A stretch of DNA of 64,000 nucleotides from the human T2T-CHM13v2.0 reference genome, Homo sapiens, in assembly GCF_009914755.1 (NCBI RefSeq), contig NC_060941.1, one strand, 5' to 3'. Each line of letters begins with the position of its first letter. Positions within the stretch are counted from its first letter, which is position 1. A program made the translations under genes and the position numbers. Of the stretch, positions 10,519 through 25,500 are shown one piece after another. The notes below the pieces were generated by a model. That model worked only from the letters and a program-made list of their open reading frames with translations, was not told the origin of the DNA and ran no database searches.

Positions 10519-13500
10519 AGCTTCATAGAAAAACTAGACAGAAGCATTCTCAGAAAATACTTTGTGATGATTGAGTTGAACTCACAGAGCTGAACATTCC
10601 TTTGGATGGAGCAGGTTTGAGACACACTTTTTGTAGAATCTACAAGTGGATATTTGGACCTCTCTGAGGATTTCGTTGGAAACGGGATAACTGCACCTAA
10701 CTAAACGGAAGCATTCTCAGAAACTTCTTGGTGATGTTTGCATTCAAATCCCAGAGTTGAACCTTCCTTTGAGAGTTCAGGTTTGAAACACTCTTTTTGT
10801 AGGATCTGCAAGTGGATATTTGGACCACTCTGTGGCCTTCGTTCGAAACGGGTACATCTTCGCATAAAATCTAGACAGAAGCCTTCTCAGAAACTTCTCT
10901 GTGATGATTGCATTCAACTCACAGAGTTGAACCCTCCTATGGATAGAGCAGTGTTGAAACTCTCTTTTTGTGGAATCTGCAAGCGGATATGTGGACCTCT
11001 CCGAAGATGTCTTTGGAAACGGGAATATCTTCACATAAAAACTAAACAGAAGCATTCTCAGAAACTTCTCTGTGATGTTTGTGTTCAACTCCCAGAGTTT
11101 CACATTGCTTCTCATAGAGTAGTTCTGAAACATGCTTTTCGTAGTGTCTGCAAGTGGACATTTGGAGCGCTTTCAGGCCTGTGGTGGAAAACGAATTATG
11201 GTCACATAAAAACTGGAGAGAAGCATTGTCAGAAACTTCTTTGTGATGATTGCATACAAGTCACAGAGTTGAAGGTTCCTTTTCAAAGAGCAGTTTCCAA
11301 TCACTCTTTCTGTGGAATCTGCAAGTGGATATTTGGACCTCTTTGAAGATTTCGTTGGAAACGGGAGAATCTTCACAGAAAAGCTAAACAGAAGCATTCT
11401 CAGAAACTTCTTTGTGATGCTTGCATTCAACTCACAGAGTTGAACTTTCCTTTCGAGAGAGAAGCTTTGAAACACTCTTTTTCCAGAATCTGCAAGTGGA
11501 CATTCGGAGGGCTTTGAGGTCTGTGGTGGAAAAGGAATTTTCTTCCCGTAAAAGCTAGATAGAAGCATTCTCAGAAACTACTTTGTGATGATTGCATTCA
11601 AGTCACAGAGTTGAACATTCCCTTTGACAGAGCAGTTTGGAAACTCTCTTTGTGTAGAATCTGCAAGTGGAGATATGGACCGCTTTGAGGCCTATGGTAG
11701 TAAAGGAAATAGCTTCATATAAAAGCTAGACAGCAGCATTCACAGAAAACTCTTGGTGACGACTGAGTTTAACTCACAGAACTGAACATTCCTTTGGATG
11801 GAGCAGTTTCGAAACACACTATTTGTAGAATGTGCAAGTGGATATGTGGGCCTCTCTGAGGATTTCGTTGGAAACGGGATAAACCGCACAGAACTAAACA
11901 GAAGCATTCTCAGAACCTTCTTCGTGATGTTTGCATTCAACTCACAGTGTTGAACCTTTCTTTGATAGTTCAGGTTTGAAACGGTCTTTCTGTAGAAACT
12001 GCAAGTAGATATTTGGCCCTCTCTGAGGATTTCGTTGGAAACGGGATAAACCGCACAGAACTAAAACAGAAGCATTCTCAGAACCCTCTTCGTGATGTTT
12101 GCATTCAATTCACGGTGCTGAAACTTTCTTTGATAGTTCAGCTTTGAAACACTCTTTTTGTAGAAACTGCAAGTGGATATTTGGTCCTCTCTGAGGATTT
12201 CGTTGGAAACGGGATAAACCGCACAGAACTATACAGAAGCATTCTCAGAACCTTCTTCGTGATGTCTGCATTCAACTCACAGTGTGGAACCTTTCTTTGA
12301 TAGTTCAGGTTTGAAACACTCTTTTTGTAGAAACTGCAAGGGGATCATTGCACTTCTTTGAGGCCTACCGTAGTAAAGGAAATAACTTCCTATAAAAAGA
12401 AGACAGAAGCTTTCTCAGAAAATTCTTTGGGATGATTGAGTGGAGCAAACAGAGCTGAACACTCCTTGCGATGTAGCAGTTTAGAAACACCCTTTCTGCA
12501 GAATCTGCAAGTGCATATGTGGACCTCTCTGAGGAATTCGTTGGAAACGGGATAATTTCAGCTGACTAAACAGAAGCAGTCTCAGAATCTTCTTTGTGAT
12601 GTTAGCATTCAAATCCCAGAGTTGAACTTTCCTTTCAAAGTTCACGTTTGAAACACTCTTTTTGCAGGATCTACAAGTGGATATTTGGACCACTCTGTGT
12701 CCTTCGTTCGAAACGGGTATATCTTCACATGACATCTAGACAGAAGCATTCTCAGAAGCTTCTCTGTGATGACTGCATTCAACTCACGGAGTTGAACACT
12801 CCTTTTGAGAGCGCAGTTTTGTAACTCTCTTTCTGTGGCATCTGCAAGGGGACATGTAGACCTCTCTGAAGATTTCGTTGGAAACGGAATCATCTTCACA
12901 TAAAAACTATACAGATGCATTCTCAGGAACTTTTTGGTGATGTTTGTATTCAACTCCCAGAGTTGAACTTTCCTTTGGAAAGAGCAGCTATGAAACACTC
13001 TTTTTCTAGAATCTGCAAGTGGACGTTTGGAGGGCTTTGTGGTTTGTGGTGGAAAAGGAAATATCTTCACCTAAATACTAGATAGAAGCATTCTCAGAAA
13101 TTGCTTTGTGATGATTGCATTCACCTCACAGAGTTGAACATTCCTATTGATAGAGCAGTTTGGAAACACTCTTGTTGTGGAATGTGCAAGTGGAGATTTG
13201 GAGCGCTTTGAGGCCTATGGTAGTAAAGGGAATAGCTTCATAGAAAAACTAGACAGAAGCATTCTCAGAAAATACTTTGTGATGATTGAGTTGAACTCAC
13301 AGAGCTGAACATTCCTTTGGATGGAGCAGGTTTGAGACACACATTTTGTAGAATCTACAAGTGGATATTTGGACATCTCTGAGGATTTCGTTGGAAACGG
13401 GATAACTGCACCTAACTAAACGGAAGCATTCTCAGAAACTTCTTGGTGATGTTTGCATTCAAATCCCAGAGTTGAACCTTCCTTTGAGAGTTCAGGTTTG

Positions 13501-16500
13501 AAACACTCTTTTTGTAGGATCTGCAAGTGGATATTTGGACCACTCTGTGGCCTTCGTTCGAAACGGATACATCTTCGCATAAAATCTAGACAGAAGCCTT
13601 CTCAGAAACTTCTCTGTGATGATTGCATTCAACTCACAGAGTTGAACCGTCCTCTGGATAGAGCAGTGTTGAAACTCTCTTTTTGTGGAATCTGCAAGTG
13701 GATATGTGGACCTCTCCGAAGATGTCTTTGGAAACGGGAATATCTTCACATAAAAACTAAACAGAAGCATTCTCAGAAACTTCTCTGTGATGTTTGTGTT
13801 CAACTCCCAGAGTTTCACATTGCTTCTCATAGAGTAGTTCTGAAACATGCTTTTCGTAGTGTCTGCAAGTGGACATTTGGAGCGCTTTCAGGCCTGTGGT
13901 GGAAAACGAATTATGGTCACATAAAAACTGGAGAGAAGCATTGTCAGAAACTTCTTTGTGATGATTGCATTCAACTCACAGAGTTGAAGGTTCCTTTTCA
14001 AACAGCAGTTTCCAATCACTCTTTCTGTGGAATCTGCAAGTGGATATTTGGACCTCTTTGAAGATTTCGTTGGAAACGGGAGAATGTTCACAGAAAAGCT
14101 AAACAGAAGCATTCTCAGAAACTTCTTTGTGATGCTTGCATTCAACTCACAGAGTTGAACTTTCCTTTCGAGAGAGAAGCTTTGAAACACTCTTTTTCCA
14201 GAATCTGCAAGTGGACATTTGGAGGGCTTTGAGGCCTGTGGTGGAAAAGGAATTATCTTCCCGTAAAAGCTAGATAGAAGCATTCTCAGAAACTACTTTG
14301 TGATGATTGCATTCAAGTCACAGAGTTGAACATTCCCTTTGACAGAGCAGTTTGGAAACTCTCTTTGTGTAGAATCTGCAAGTGGAGATATGGACCGCTT
14401 TGAGGCCTATGGTAGTAAAGGAAATAGCTTCATATAAAAGCTAGACAGTAGCATTCACAGAAAACTCTTGTTGACGACTGAGTTTAACTCACAGAGCTGA
14501 ATATTCCTTTGGATGGAGCAGTTTCGAAACACACTATTTCTAGAAGGTGCAAGTGGATATGTGGGCCTCTCTGAGGATTTCGTTGGAAACGGGATAAACC
14601 GCACAGAACTAAACAGAAGCATTCTCAGAACCTTCTTCGTGATGTTTGCATTCAACTCACAGTGTTGAACCTTTCTTTGATAGTTCAGGTTTGAAACGGT
14701 CTTTCTGTGGAAACTGCAAGTAGATATTTGGACCTCTCTGAGGATTTCGTTGGAAACGGGATAAACCGCACAGAACTAAAACAGAAGCATTCTCAGAACC
14801 CTCTTCGTGATGTTTGCATTCAACTCACAGTGCTGAACCTTTCTTTGATAGTTCAGCTTTGAAACACTCTTTTTGTAGAAACTGCAAGTGGATATTTGGT
14901 CCTCTCTGAGGATTTCGTTGGAAACGGGATAAACCGCACAGAACTAAACAGAAGCATTCTCAGAACCTTCTTCGTGATGTCTGCATTCAACTCACAGTGT
15001 GGAACCTTTCTTTGATAGTTCAGTTTTGAAACACTCTTTTTGTAGAAACTGCAAGGGGATAATTGCACTTCTTTGAGGCCTACCGTAGTAAAGGAAATAA
15101 CTTCCTATGAAAAGAAGACAGAAGCTTTCTCAGAAAATTCTTTGGGATGATTGAGTTGAGCAAACAGAGCTGAACACTCCTTGCGATGTAGCAGTTTAGA
15201 AACACACTTTCTGCAGAATCTGCAAGTGCAAATGTGGACCTCTCTGAGGAATTCTTTGGAAACGGGATAATTTCACCTGACTAAACAGAAGCAGTCTCTG
15301 AATCTTCTTTGTGATGTTTGCATTCAAATCCCAGAGTTGAACTTTCCTTTCCAAGTTCATGTTTGAAACACACTTTTTGCAGGATCTACAAGTGGATATT
15401 TGGACCACTCTGTGTCCTTCGTTCGAAACGGGTATATCTTCACATGACATCTAGACAGAAGCTTTCTCAGAAGCTTCTCTGTGATGACTGCATTCAACTC
15501 ACGGAGTTGAACACTCCTTTTGAGAGCGCAGTTTTGAAACTCTCTTTCTGTGGCATCCGCAAGGGGACATGTAGACCTCTTTGAAGATTTCGTTGGAAAC
15601 GGAATCATCTTCACATCAAAACTATGCAGATGCATTCTCAGGAACTTTTTGGTGATGTTTGTATTCAACTCCCAGAGTTGAACTTTCCTTTGGAAAGAGC
15701 AGCTATGAAACACTCTTTTTCTAGAATCTGCAAGTGGACGTTTGGAGGGCTTTGTGGTTTGTGGTGGAAAAGGAAATATCTTCACCTAAATACTAGATAG
15801 AAGCATTCTCAGAAACTGCTTTGTGATGATTGCATTCACCTCAAAGAGTTGAACATTACTATTGATAGAGCAGTTTGGAAACACTCTTGTTGTGGAATGT
15901 GCAAGTGGAGATTTGGAGCGCTTTGAGGCCTATGGTAGTAAAGGGAATAGCTTCATAGAAAAACTAGACAGAAGCATTCTCAGAAAATACTTTGTGATGA
16001 TTGAGTTGAACTCACAGAGCTGAACATTCCTTTGGATGGAGCAGGTTTGAGACACACTTTTTGTAGAATCTACAAGTGGATATTTGGACCTCTCTGAGGA
16101 TTTCGTTGGAAACGGGATAACTGCACCTAACTAAACGGAAGCATTCTCAGAAACTTCTTGGTGATGTTTGCATTCAAATCCCAGAGTTGAACCTTCCTTT
16201 GATAGTTCAGGTTTGAAACACTCTTTTTGTAGGATCTGCAAGTGGATATTTGGACCACTCTGTGGCCTTCGTTCGAAACGGGTACATCTTCGCATAAAAT
16301 CTAGACAGAAGCCTTCTCAGAAACTTCTCTGTGATGATTGCATTCAACTCACAGAGTTGAACCCTCCTATGGATAGAGTAGTGTTGAAACTCTCTTTTTG
16401 TGGAATCTGCAAGTGGATATGTGGACCTCTCCGAAGATGTCTTTGGAAACGGGAATATCTTCACATAAAAACTAAACAGAAGCATTCTCAGAAACTTCTC

Positions 16501-19500
16501 TGTGATGTTTGTGTTCAACTCCCAGAGTTTCACATTGCTTTTCATAGAGTAGTTCTGAAACATGCTTTTCGTAGTGTCTGCAAGTGGACATTTGGAGCGC
16601 TTTCAGGCCTGTGGTGGAAAACGAATTATGGTCACATAAAAACTGGAGAGAAGCATTGTCAGAAACTTCTTTGTGATGATTGCATTCAACTCACAGAGTT
16701 GAATGTTCCTTTTCAAACAGCAGTTTCCAATCACTCTTTCTGTGGAATCTGCAAGTGGATATTTGGACCTCTTTGAAGATTTCGTTGGAAACGGGAGAAT
16801 GTTCACAGAAAAGCTAAACAGAAGCATTCTCAGAAACTTCTTTGTGATGCTTGCATTCAACTCACAGAGTTGAACTTTCCTTTCGAGAGAGAAGCTTTGA
16901 AACACTCTTTTTCCAGAATCTGCAAGTGGACATTTGGAGGGCTTTGAGGCCTGTGGTGGAAAAGGAATTATCTTCCCGTAAAAGCTAGATAGAAACATTC
17001 TCAGAAACTACTTTGTGATGATTGCATTCAAGTCACAGAGTTGAACATTCCCTTTGACAGAGCAGTTTGGAAACTCTCTTTGTGTAGAATCTGCAAGTGG
17101 AGATATGGACCGCTTTGAGGACTATGGTAGTAAAGGAAATAGCTTCATATAAAAGCTAGACAGTAGCATTCACAGAAAACTCTTGGTGACGACTGAGTTT
17201 AAATCACAGAGCTGAACATCCCTTTGGATGGAGCAGTTTGGAAACACACTATTTGTAGAATGTGCAAGTGGATATTTGGGCCTCTCTGAGGATTTCGTTG
17301 GAAACGGGATAAACCGCACAGAACTAAACAGAAGCATTCTCAGAACCTTCTTCGTGATGTTTGCATTCAACTCACAGTGTTGAACCTTTCTTTGATAGTT
17401 CAGCTTTGAAACGGTCTTTCTGTAGAAACTGCAATTAGATATTTGGCCCTCTCTGAGGGTTTCGTTGGAAACGGGATAAACCGCACAGAACTAAAACAGA
17501 AGCATTCTCAGAACCCTCTTCGTGATGTTTGCATTCAACTCACAGTGCTGAACCTTTCTTTGATAGTTCAGCTTTGAAACACTCTTTTTGTAGAAACTGG
17601 AAGTGGATATTTGGTCCTCTCTGAGGATTTCGTTGGAAACGGGATAAACCGCACAGAACTAAACAGAAGCATTCTCAGAACCTTCTTCGTGATGTCTGCA
17701 TTCAACTCACAGTGTGGAACCTTTCTTTGATAGTTCAGGTTTGAAACACTCTTTTTGTAGAAACTGCAAGGGGATAATTGCACTTCTTTGAGGCCTACCG
17801 TAGTAAAGGAAATAACTTCCTATAAAAAGAAGACAGAAGCTTTCTCAGAAAATTCTTTGGGATGATTGAGTTGAACTCACAGAGCTGAACATTCCTTGCG
17901 ATGTAGCAGTTTAGAAACACACTTTCTGCTGAATCTGCAAGTGCATATTTGGACCTCTGTGAGGAATTCGTTGGAAACGGGATAATTTCAGCTGACTAAA
18001 CAGAAGCAGTCTCAGAATCTTCTTTGTGATGTTAGCATTCAAATCCCAGAGTTGAACTTTCCTTTCAAAGTTCACGTTTGAAACACTCTTTTTGCAGGAT
18101 CTACAAGTGGATATTTGGACCACTCTGTGTCCTTCGTTCGAAACGGGTATATCTTCACATGACATCTAGACAGAAGCATTCTCAGAAGCTTCTCTGTGAT
18201 GACTGCATTCAACTCACGGAGTTGAACACTCCTTTTGAGAGCGCAGTTTTGAAACTCTCTTTCTGTGGCATCTGCAAGGGGACATGTAGACCTCTTTGAA
18301 GATTTCGTTGGAAACGGAATCATCTTCACATCAAAACTATACAGATGCATTCTCAGGAACTTTTTGGTGATGTTTGTATTCAACTCCCAGAGTTGAACTT
18401 TCCTTTGGAAAGAGCAGCTATGAAACACTCTTTTTCTAGAATCTGCAAGTGGACGTTTGGAGGGCTTTGTGGTTTGTGGTGGAAAAGGAAATATCTTCAC
18501 CTAAATACTAGATAGAAGCATTCTCAGAAACTGCTTTGTGATGATTGCATTCACCTCACAGAGTTGAACATTCCTATTGATAGAGCAGTTTGGAAACACT
18601 CTTGTTGTGGAATGTGCAAGTGGAGATTTGGAGCGCTTTGAGGCCTATGGTAGTAAAGGGAATAGCTTCATAGAAAAACTAGACAGAAGCATTCTCAGAA
18701 AATACTTTGTGATGATTGAGTTGAACTCACAGAGCTGAACATTCCTTTGGATGGAGCAGGTTTGAGACACACTATTTGTAGAATCTACAAGTGGATATTT
18801 GGACATCTCTGAGGATTTCGTAGGAAACGGGATAACTGCACCTAACTAAACGGAAGCATTCTCAGAAACTTCTTGGTGATGTTTGCATTCAAATCCCAGA
18901 GTTGAACCTTCCTTTGATAGTTCAGGTTTGAAACACTCTTTTTGTAGGATCTGCAAGTGGATATTTGGACCACTCTGTGGCCTTCGTTCGAAACGGGTAC
19001 ATCTTCGCATAAAATCTAGACAGAAGCCTTCTCAGAAACTTCTCTGTGATGATTGCATTCAACTCACAGAGTTGAACCCTCCTATGGATAGAGCAGTGTT
19101 GAAACGCTCTTTTTGTGGAATCTGCAAGTGGATATGTGGACCTCTCCGAAGATGTCTTTGGAAACGGGAATATCTTCACATAAAAACTAAACGGAAGCAT
19201 TCTCAGAAACTTCTCTGTGATGTTTGTGTTCAACTCCCAGAGTTTCACATTGCTTTTCATAGAGTAGTTCTGAAACATGCTTTTCGTAGTGTCTGCAAGT
19301 GGACATTTGGAGCGCTTTCAGGCCTGTGGTGGAAAACGAATTATGGTCACATAAAAACTGGAGAGAAGCATTGTCAGAAACTTCTTTGTGATGATTGCAT
19401 TCAACTCACAGAGTTGAAGGTTCCCTTTCAAACAGCAGTTTCCAATCACTCTTTCTGTGGAATCTGTAAGTGGATATTTGGACCTCTTTGAAGATTTCGT

Positions 19501-22500
19501 TGGAAACGGGAGAATCTTCACAGAAAAGCTAAACAGAAGCATTCTCAGAAACTTCTTTGTGATGCTTGCATTCAACTCACAGAGTTGAACTTTCCTTTCG
19601 AGAGAGAAGCTTTGAAACACTCTTTTTCCAGAATCTGCAAGTGGACATTTGGAGGGCTTTGTGGCCTGTGGTGGAAAAGGAATTATCTTCCCGAAAAAGC
19701 TAGATAGAAGCATTCTCAGAAACTACTTTGTGATGATTGCATTCAAGTCACAGAGTTGAACATTCCCTTTGACAGAGCAGTTTGGAAACTCTCTTTGTGT
19801 AGAATCTGCAAGTGGAGATATGGACCGCTTTGAGACCTATGGTAGTAAAGGAAATAGCTTCATATAAAAGCTAGACAGTAGCATTCACAGAAAACTCTTG
19901 GTGACGACTGAGTTTAACTCACAGAGCTGAACATCCCTTTGGATGGAGCAGTTTCGAAACACACTATTTGTAGAATGTGCAAGTGGATATTTGGGCCTCT
20001 CTGAGGATTTCGTTGGAAACGGGATAAACCGCACAGAACTAAACAGAAGCATTCTCAGAACCTTCTTCGTGATGTTTGCATTCAACTCACAGTGTTGAAC
20101 CTTTCTTTGATAGTTCAGCTTTGAAACGGTCTTTCTGTAGAAACTGCAAGTAGATATTTGGCCCTCTCTGAGGATTTCGTTGGAAACGGGATAAACCGCA
20201 CAGAACTAAAACAGAAGCATTCTCAGAACCCTCTTCGTGATGTTTGCATTCAACTCACAGTGCTGAACCTTTCTTTGATAGTTCAGCTTTGAAACACTCT
20301 TTTTGTAGAAACTGCAAGTGGATATTTGGTCCTCTCTGAGGATTTCGTTGGAAACGGGATAAACCGCACAGAACTAAACAGAAGCATTCTCAGAACGTTC
20401 TTCGTGATGTCTGCATTCAACTCACAGTGTGGAACCTTTCTTTGATAGTTCAGGTTTGAAACACTCTTTTTGTAGAAACTGCAAGGGGATAATTGCACTT
20501 CTTTGAGGCCTACCGTAGTAAAGGAAATAACTTCCTATAAAAAGAAGACAGAAGCTTTCTCAGAAAATTCTTTGGGATGATTGAGTTGAGGAAACAGAGC
20601 TGAACACTCCTTGTGATGTAGCAGTTTAGAAACACACTTTCTGCAGAATCTGCAAGTGCATATGTGGACCTCTCTGAGGAATTCGTTGGAAACGGGATAA
20701 TTTCAGCTGACTAAACAGAAGCAGTCTCAGAATCTTCTTTGTGATGTTTGCATTCAAATCCCAGAGTTGAACTTTTCTTTCCAAGTTCACGTTTGAAACA
20801 CTCTTTTTGCAGGATCTACAAGTGGATATTTGGACCACTCTGTGTCCTTCGTTCGAAACGGGTATATCTTCACATGACATCTAGACAGAAGCATTCTCAG
20901 AAGCTTCTCTGTGATGACTGCATTCAACTCACGGAGTTGAACACTCCTTTTGAGAGCGCAGTTTTGAAACTCTCTTTCTGTGGCATCTGCAAGGGGACAT
21001 GTAGACCTCTTTGAAGATTTCGTTGGAAACGGAATCATCTTCACATCAAAACTATACAGATGCATTCTCAGGAACTTTTTGGTGATGTTTGTATTCAACT
21101 CCCAGAGTTGAACTTTCCTTTGGAAAGAGCAGCTATGAAACACTCTTTTTCTAGAATCTGCAAGTGGACGTTTGGAGGGCTTTGTGGTTTGTGGTGGAAA
21201 AGGAAATATCTTCACCTAAATACTAGATAGAAGCATTCTCAGAAACTGCTTTGTGATGATTGCATTCACCTCACAGAGTTGAACATTCCTATTGATAGAG
21301 CAGTTTGGAAACACTCTTGTTGTGGAATGTGCAAGTGGAGATTTGGAGCGCTTTGAGGCCTATGGTAGTAAAGGGAATAGCTTCATAGAAAAACTAGACA
21401 GAAGCATTCTCAGGAAATACTTTGTGATGATTGAGTTGAACTCACAGAGCTGAACATTCCTTTGGATGGAGCAGGTTTGAGACACACTTTTTGTAGAATC
21501 TACAAGTGGATATTTGGACCTCTCTGAGGATATCGTTGGAAACGGGATAACTGCACCTAACTAAACGGAAGCATTCTCAGAAACTTCTTGGTGATGTTTG
21601 CATTCAAATCCCAGAGTTGAACCTTCCTTTGAGAGTTCAGGTTTGAAACACTCTTTTTGTAGGATCTGCAAGTGGATATTTGGACCACTCTGTGGCCTTC
21701 GTTCGAAACGGGTACATCTTCGCATAAAATCTAGACAGAAGCCTTCTCAGAAACTTCTCTGTGATGATTGCATTCAACTCACAGATTTGAACCCTCCTAT
21801 GGATAGAGCAGTGTTGAAACTCTCTTTTTGTGGAATCTGCAAGCGGATATGTGGACCTCTCCGAAGATGTCTTTGGCAACGGGAATATCTTCACATAAAA
21901 ACTAAACAGAAGCATTCTCAGAAACTTCTCTGTGATGTTTGTGTTCAACTCCCAGAGTTTCACATTGCTTCTCATAGAGTAGTTCTGAAACATGCTTTTC
22001 GTAGTGTCTGCAAGTGGACATTTGGAGCGCTTTCAGGCCTGTGGTGGAAAACGAATTATGGTCACATAAAAACTGGAGAGAAGCATTGTCAGAAACTTCT
22101 TTGTGATGATTGCATTCAAGTCACAGAGTTGAAGGTTCCTTTTCAAAGAGCAGTTTCCAATCACTCTTTCTGTGGAATCTGCAAGTGGATATTTGGACCT
22201 CTTTGAAGATTTCGTTGGAAACGGGAGAATCTTCACAGAAAAGCTAAACAGAAGCATTCTCAGAAACTTCTTTGTGATGCTTGCATTCAACTCACAGAGT
22301 TGAACTTTCCTTTCGAGAGAGAAGCTTTGAAACACTCTTTTTCCAGAATCTGCAAGTGGACATTTGGAGGGCTTTGAGGCCTGTGGTGGAAAAGGAATTA
22401 TCTTCCCGTAAAAGCTAGATAGAAGCATTCTCAGAAACTACTTTGTGATGATTGCATTCAAGTCACAGAGTTGAACATTCCCTTTGACAGAGCAGTTTGG

Positions 22501-25500
22501 AAACTCTCTTTGTGTAGAATCTGCAAGTGGAGATATGGACCGCTTTGAGGCCTATGGTAGTAAAGGAAATAGCTTCATATAAAAGCTAGAGAGTAGCATT
22601 CACAGAAAACTCTTGGTGACGACTGAGTTTAACTCACAGAGCTGAACATTCCTTTGGATGGAGCAGTTTCAAAACACACTATTTGTAGAATGTGCAAGTG
22701 GATATGTGGGCCTCTCTGAGGATTTCGTTGGAAACGGGATAAACCGCACAGAACTAAACAGAAGCATTCTCAGAACCTTCTTCGTGATGTTTGCATTCAA
22801 CTCACAGTGTTGAACCTTTCTTTGATAGTTCAGGTTTGAAATGGTCTTTCTGTAGAAACTGCAAGTAGATATTTGGACCTCTCTGAGGATTTCGTTGGAA
22901 ACGGGATAAACCGCACACAACTAAAACAGAAGCATTCTCAGAACCCTCTTCGTGATGTTTGCATTCAACTCACGGTGCTGAACCTTTCTTTGATAGTTCA
23001 GCTTTGAAACACTCTTTTTGTAGAAACTGGAAGTGGATATTTGGTCCTCTCTGAGGATTTCATTGGAAACGGGATAAACCGCACAGAACTAAACAGAAGC
23101 ATTCTCAGAACCTTCTTCGTGATGTCTGCATTCAACTCACAGTGTGGAACCTTTCTTTGATAGTTCAGGTTTGAAACACTCTTTTTGTAGAAACTGCAAG
23201 GGGATCATTGCACTTCTTTGAGGCCTACCGTAGTAAAGGAAATAACTTCCTATAAAAAGAAGACAGAAGCTTTCTCAGAAAATTCTTTGGGATGATTGAG
23301 TTCAGCAAACAGAGCTGAACACTCCTTGCGATGTAGCAGTTTAGAAACACACTTTCTGCAGAATCTGCAAGTGCATATGTGGACCTCTCTGAGGAATTCG
23401 TTGGAAACGGGATAATTTCAGCTGACTAAACAGAAGCAGTCTCAGCATCTTTTTTGTGATGTTTGCATTCAAATCCCAGAGTTGAACTTTCCTTTCCAAG
23501 TTCACGTTTGAAACACTCTTTTTGCAGGATCTACAAGTGGATATTTGGACCACTCTGTGTCCTTCGTTCGAAACGGGTATATCTTCACATGACATCTAGA
23601 CAGAAGCATTCTCAGAAGCTTCTCTGTGATGACTGCATTCAACTCACGGAGTTGAACACTCCTTTTGAGAGCGCAGTTTTGAAACTCTCTTTCTGTGGCA
23701 TCTGCAAGGGGACATGTAGACCTCTTTGAAGATTTCGTTGGAAACGGAATCATCTTCACATAAAAACTATACAGATGCATTCTCAGGAACTTTTTGGTGA
23801 TGTTTGTATTCAACTCCCAGAGTTGAACTTTCCTTTGGAAAGAGCAGCTATGAAACACTCTTTTTCTAGAATCTGCAAGTGGACGTTTGGAGGGCTTTGT
23901 GGTTTGTGGTGGAAAAGGAAATATCTTCACCTAAATACTAGATAGAAGCATTCTCAGAAACTGCTTTGTGATGATTGCATTCACCTCACAGAGTTGAACA
24001 TTCCTATTGATAGAGCAGTTTGGAAACACTCTTGTTGTGGAATGTGCAAGTGGAGATTTGGAGCGCTTTGAGGCCTATGGTAGTAAAGGGAATAGCTTCA
24101 TAGAAAAACTAGACAGAAGCATTCTCAGAAAATACTTTGTGATGATTGAGTTGAACTCACAGAGCTGAACATTCCTTTGGATGGAGCAGGTTTGAGACAC
24201 ACTTTTTGTAGAATCTACAAGTGGATATTTGGACCTCTCTGAGGATTTCGTTGGAAACGCGATAACTGCACCTAACTAAACGGAAGCATTCTCAGAAACT
24301 TCTTGGTGATGTTTGCATTCAAATCCCAGAGTTGAACCTTCCTTTGAGAGTTCAGGTTTGAAACACTCTTTTTGTAGGATCTGCAAGTGGATATTTGGAC
24401 CACTCTGTGGCCTTCGTTCGAAACGGGTACATCTTCGCATAAAATCTAGACAGAAGCCTTCTCAGAAACTTCTCTGTGATGATTGCATTCAACTCACAGA
24501 GTTGAACCCTCCTATGGATAGAGCAGTGTTGAAACTCTCTTTTTGTGGAATCTGCAAGCGGATATGTGGACCTCTCCGAAGATGTCTTTGGAAACGGGAA
24601 TATCTTCACATAAAAACTAAACAGAAGCATTCTCAGAAACTTCTCTGTGATGTTTGTGTTCAACTCCCAGAGTTTCACATTGCTTCTCATAGAGTAGTTC
24701 TGAAACATGCTTTTCGTAGTGTCTGCAAGTGGACATTTGGAGCGCTTTCAGGCCTGTGGTGGAAAACGAATTATGGTCACATAAAAACTGGAGAGAAGCA
24801 TTGTCAGAAACTTCTTTGTGATGATTGCATTCAAGTCACAGAGTTGAAGGTTCCTTTTCAAAGAGCAGTTTCCAATCACTCTTTCTGTGGAATCTGCAAG
24901 TGGATATTTGGACCTCTTTGAAGATTTCGTTGGAAACGGGAGAATCTTCACAGAAAAGCTAAACAGAAGCATTCTCAGAAACTTCTTTGTGATGCTTGCA
25001 TTCAAATCACAGAGTTGAACTTTCCTTTCGAGAGAGAAGCTTTGAAACACTCTTTTTCCAGAATCTGCAAGTGGACATTTGGAGGGCTTTGAGGCCTGTG
25101 GTGGAAAAGGAATTATCTTCCCGTAAAAGCTAGATAGAAGCATTCTCAGAAACTACTTTGTGATGATTGCATTCAAGTCACAGAGTTGAACATTCCCTTT
25201 GACAGAGCAGTTTGGAAACTCTCTTTGTGTAGAATCTGCAAGTGGAGATATGGACCGCTTTGAGGCCTATGGTAGTAAAGGAAATAGCTTCATATAAAAG
25301 CTAGACAGTAGCATTCACAGAAAACTCTTGGTGACGACTGAGTTTAACTCACAGAGCTGAACATTCCTTTGGATGGAGCAGTTTCGAAACACACTATTTG
25401 TAGAATGTGCAAGTGGATATGTGGGCCTCTCTGAGGATTTCGTTGGAAACGGGATAAACCGCACAGAACTAAACAGAAGCATTCTCAGAACCTTCTTCGT

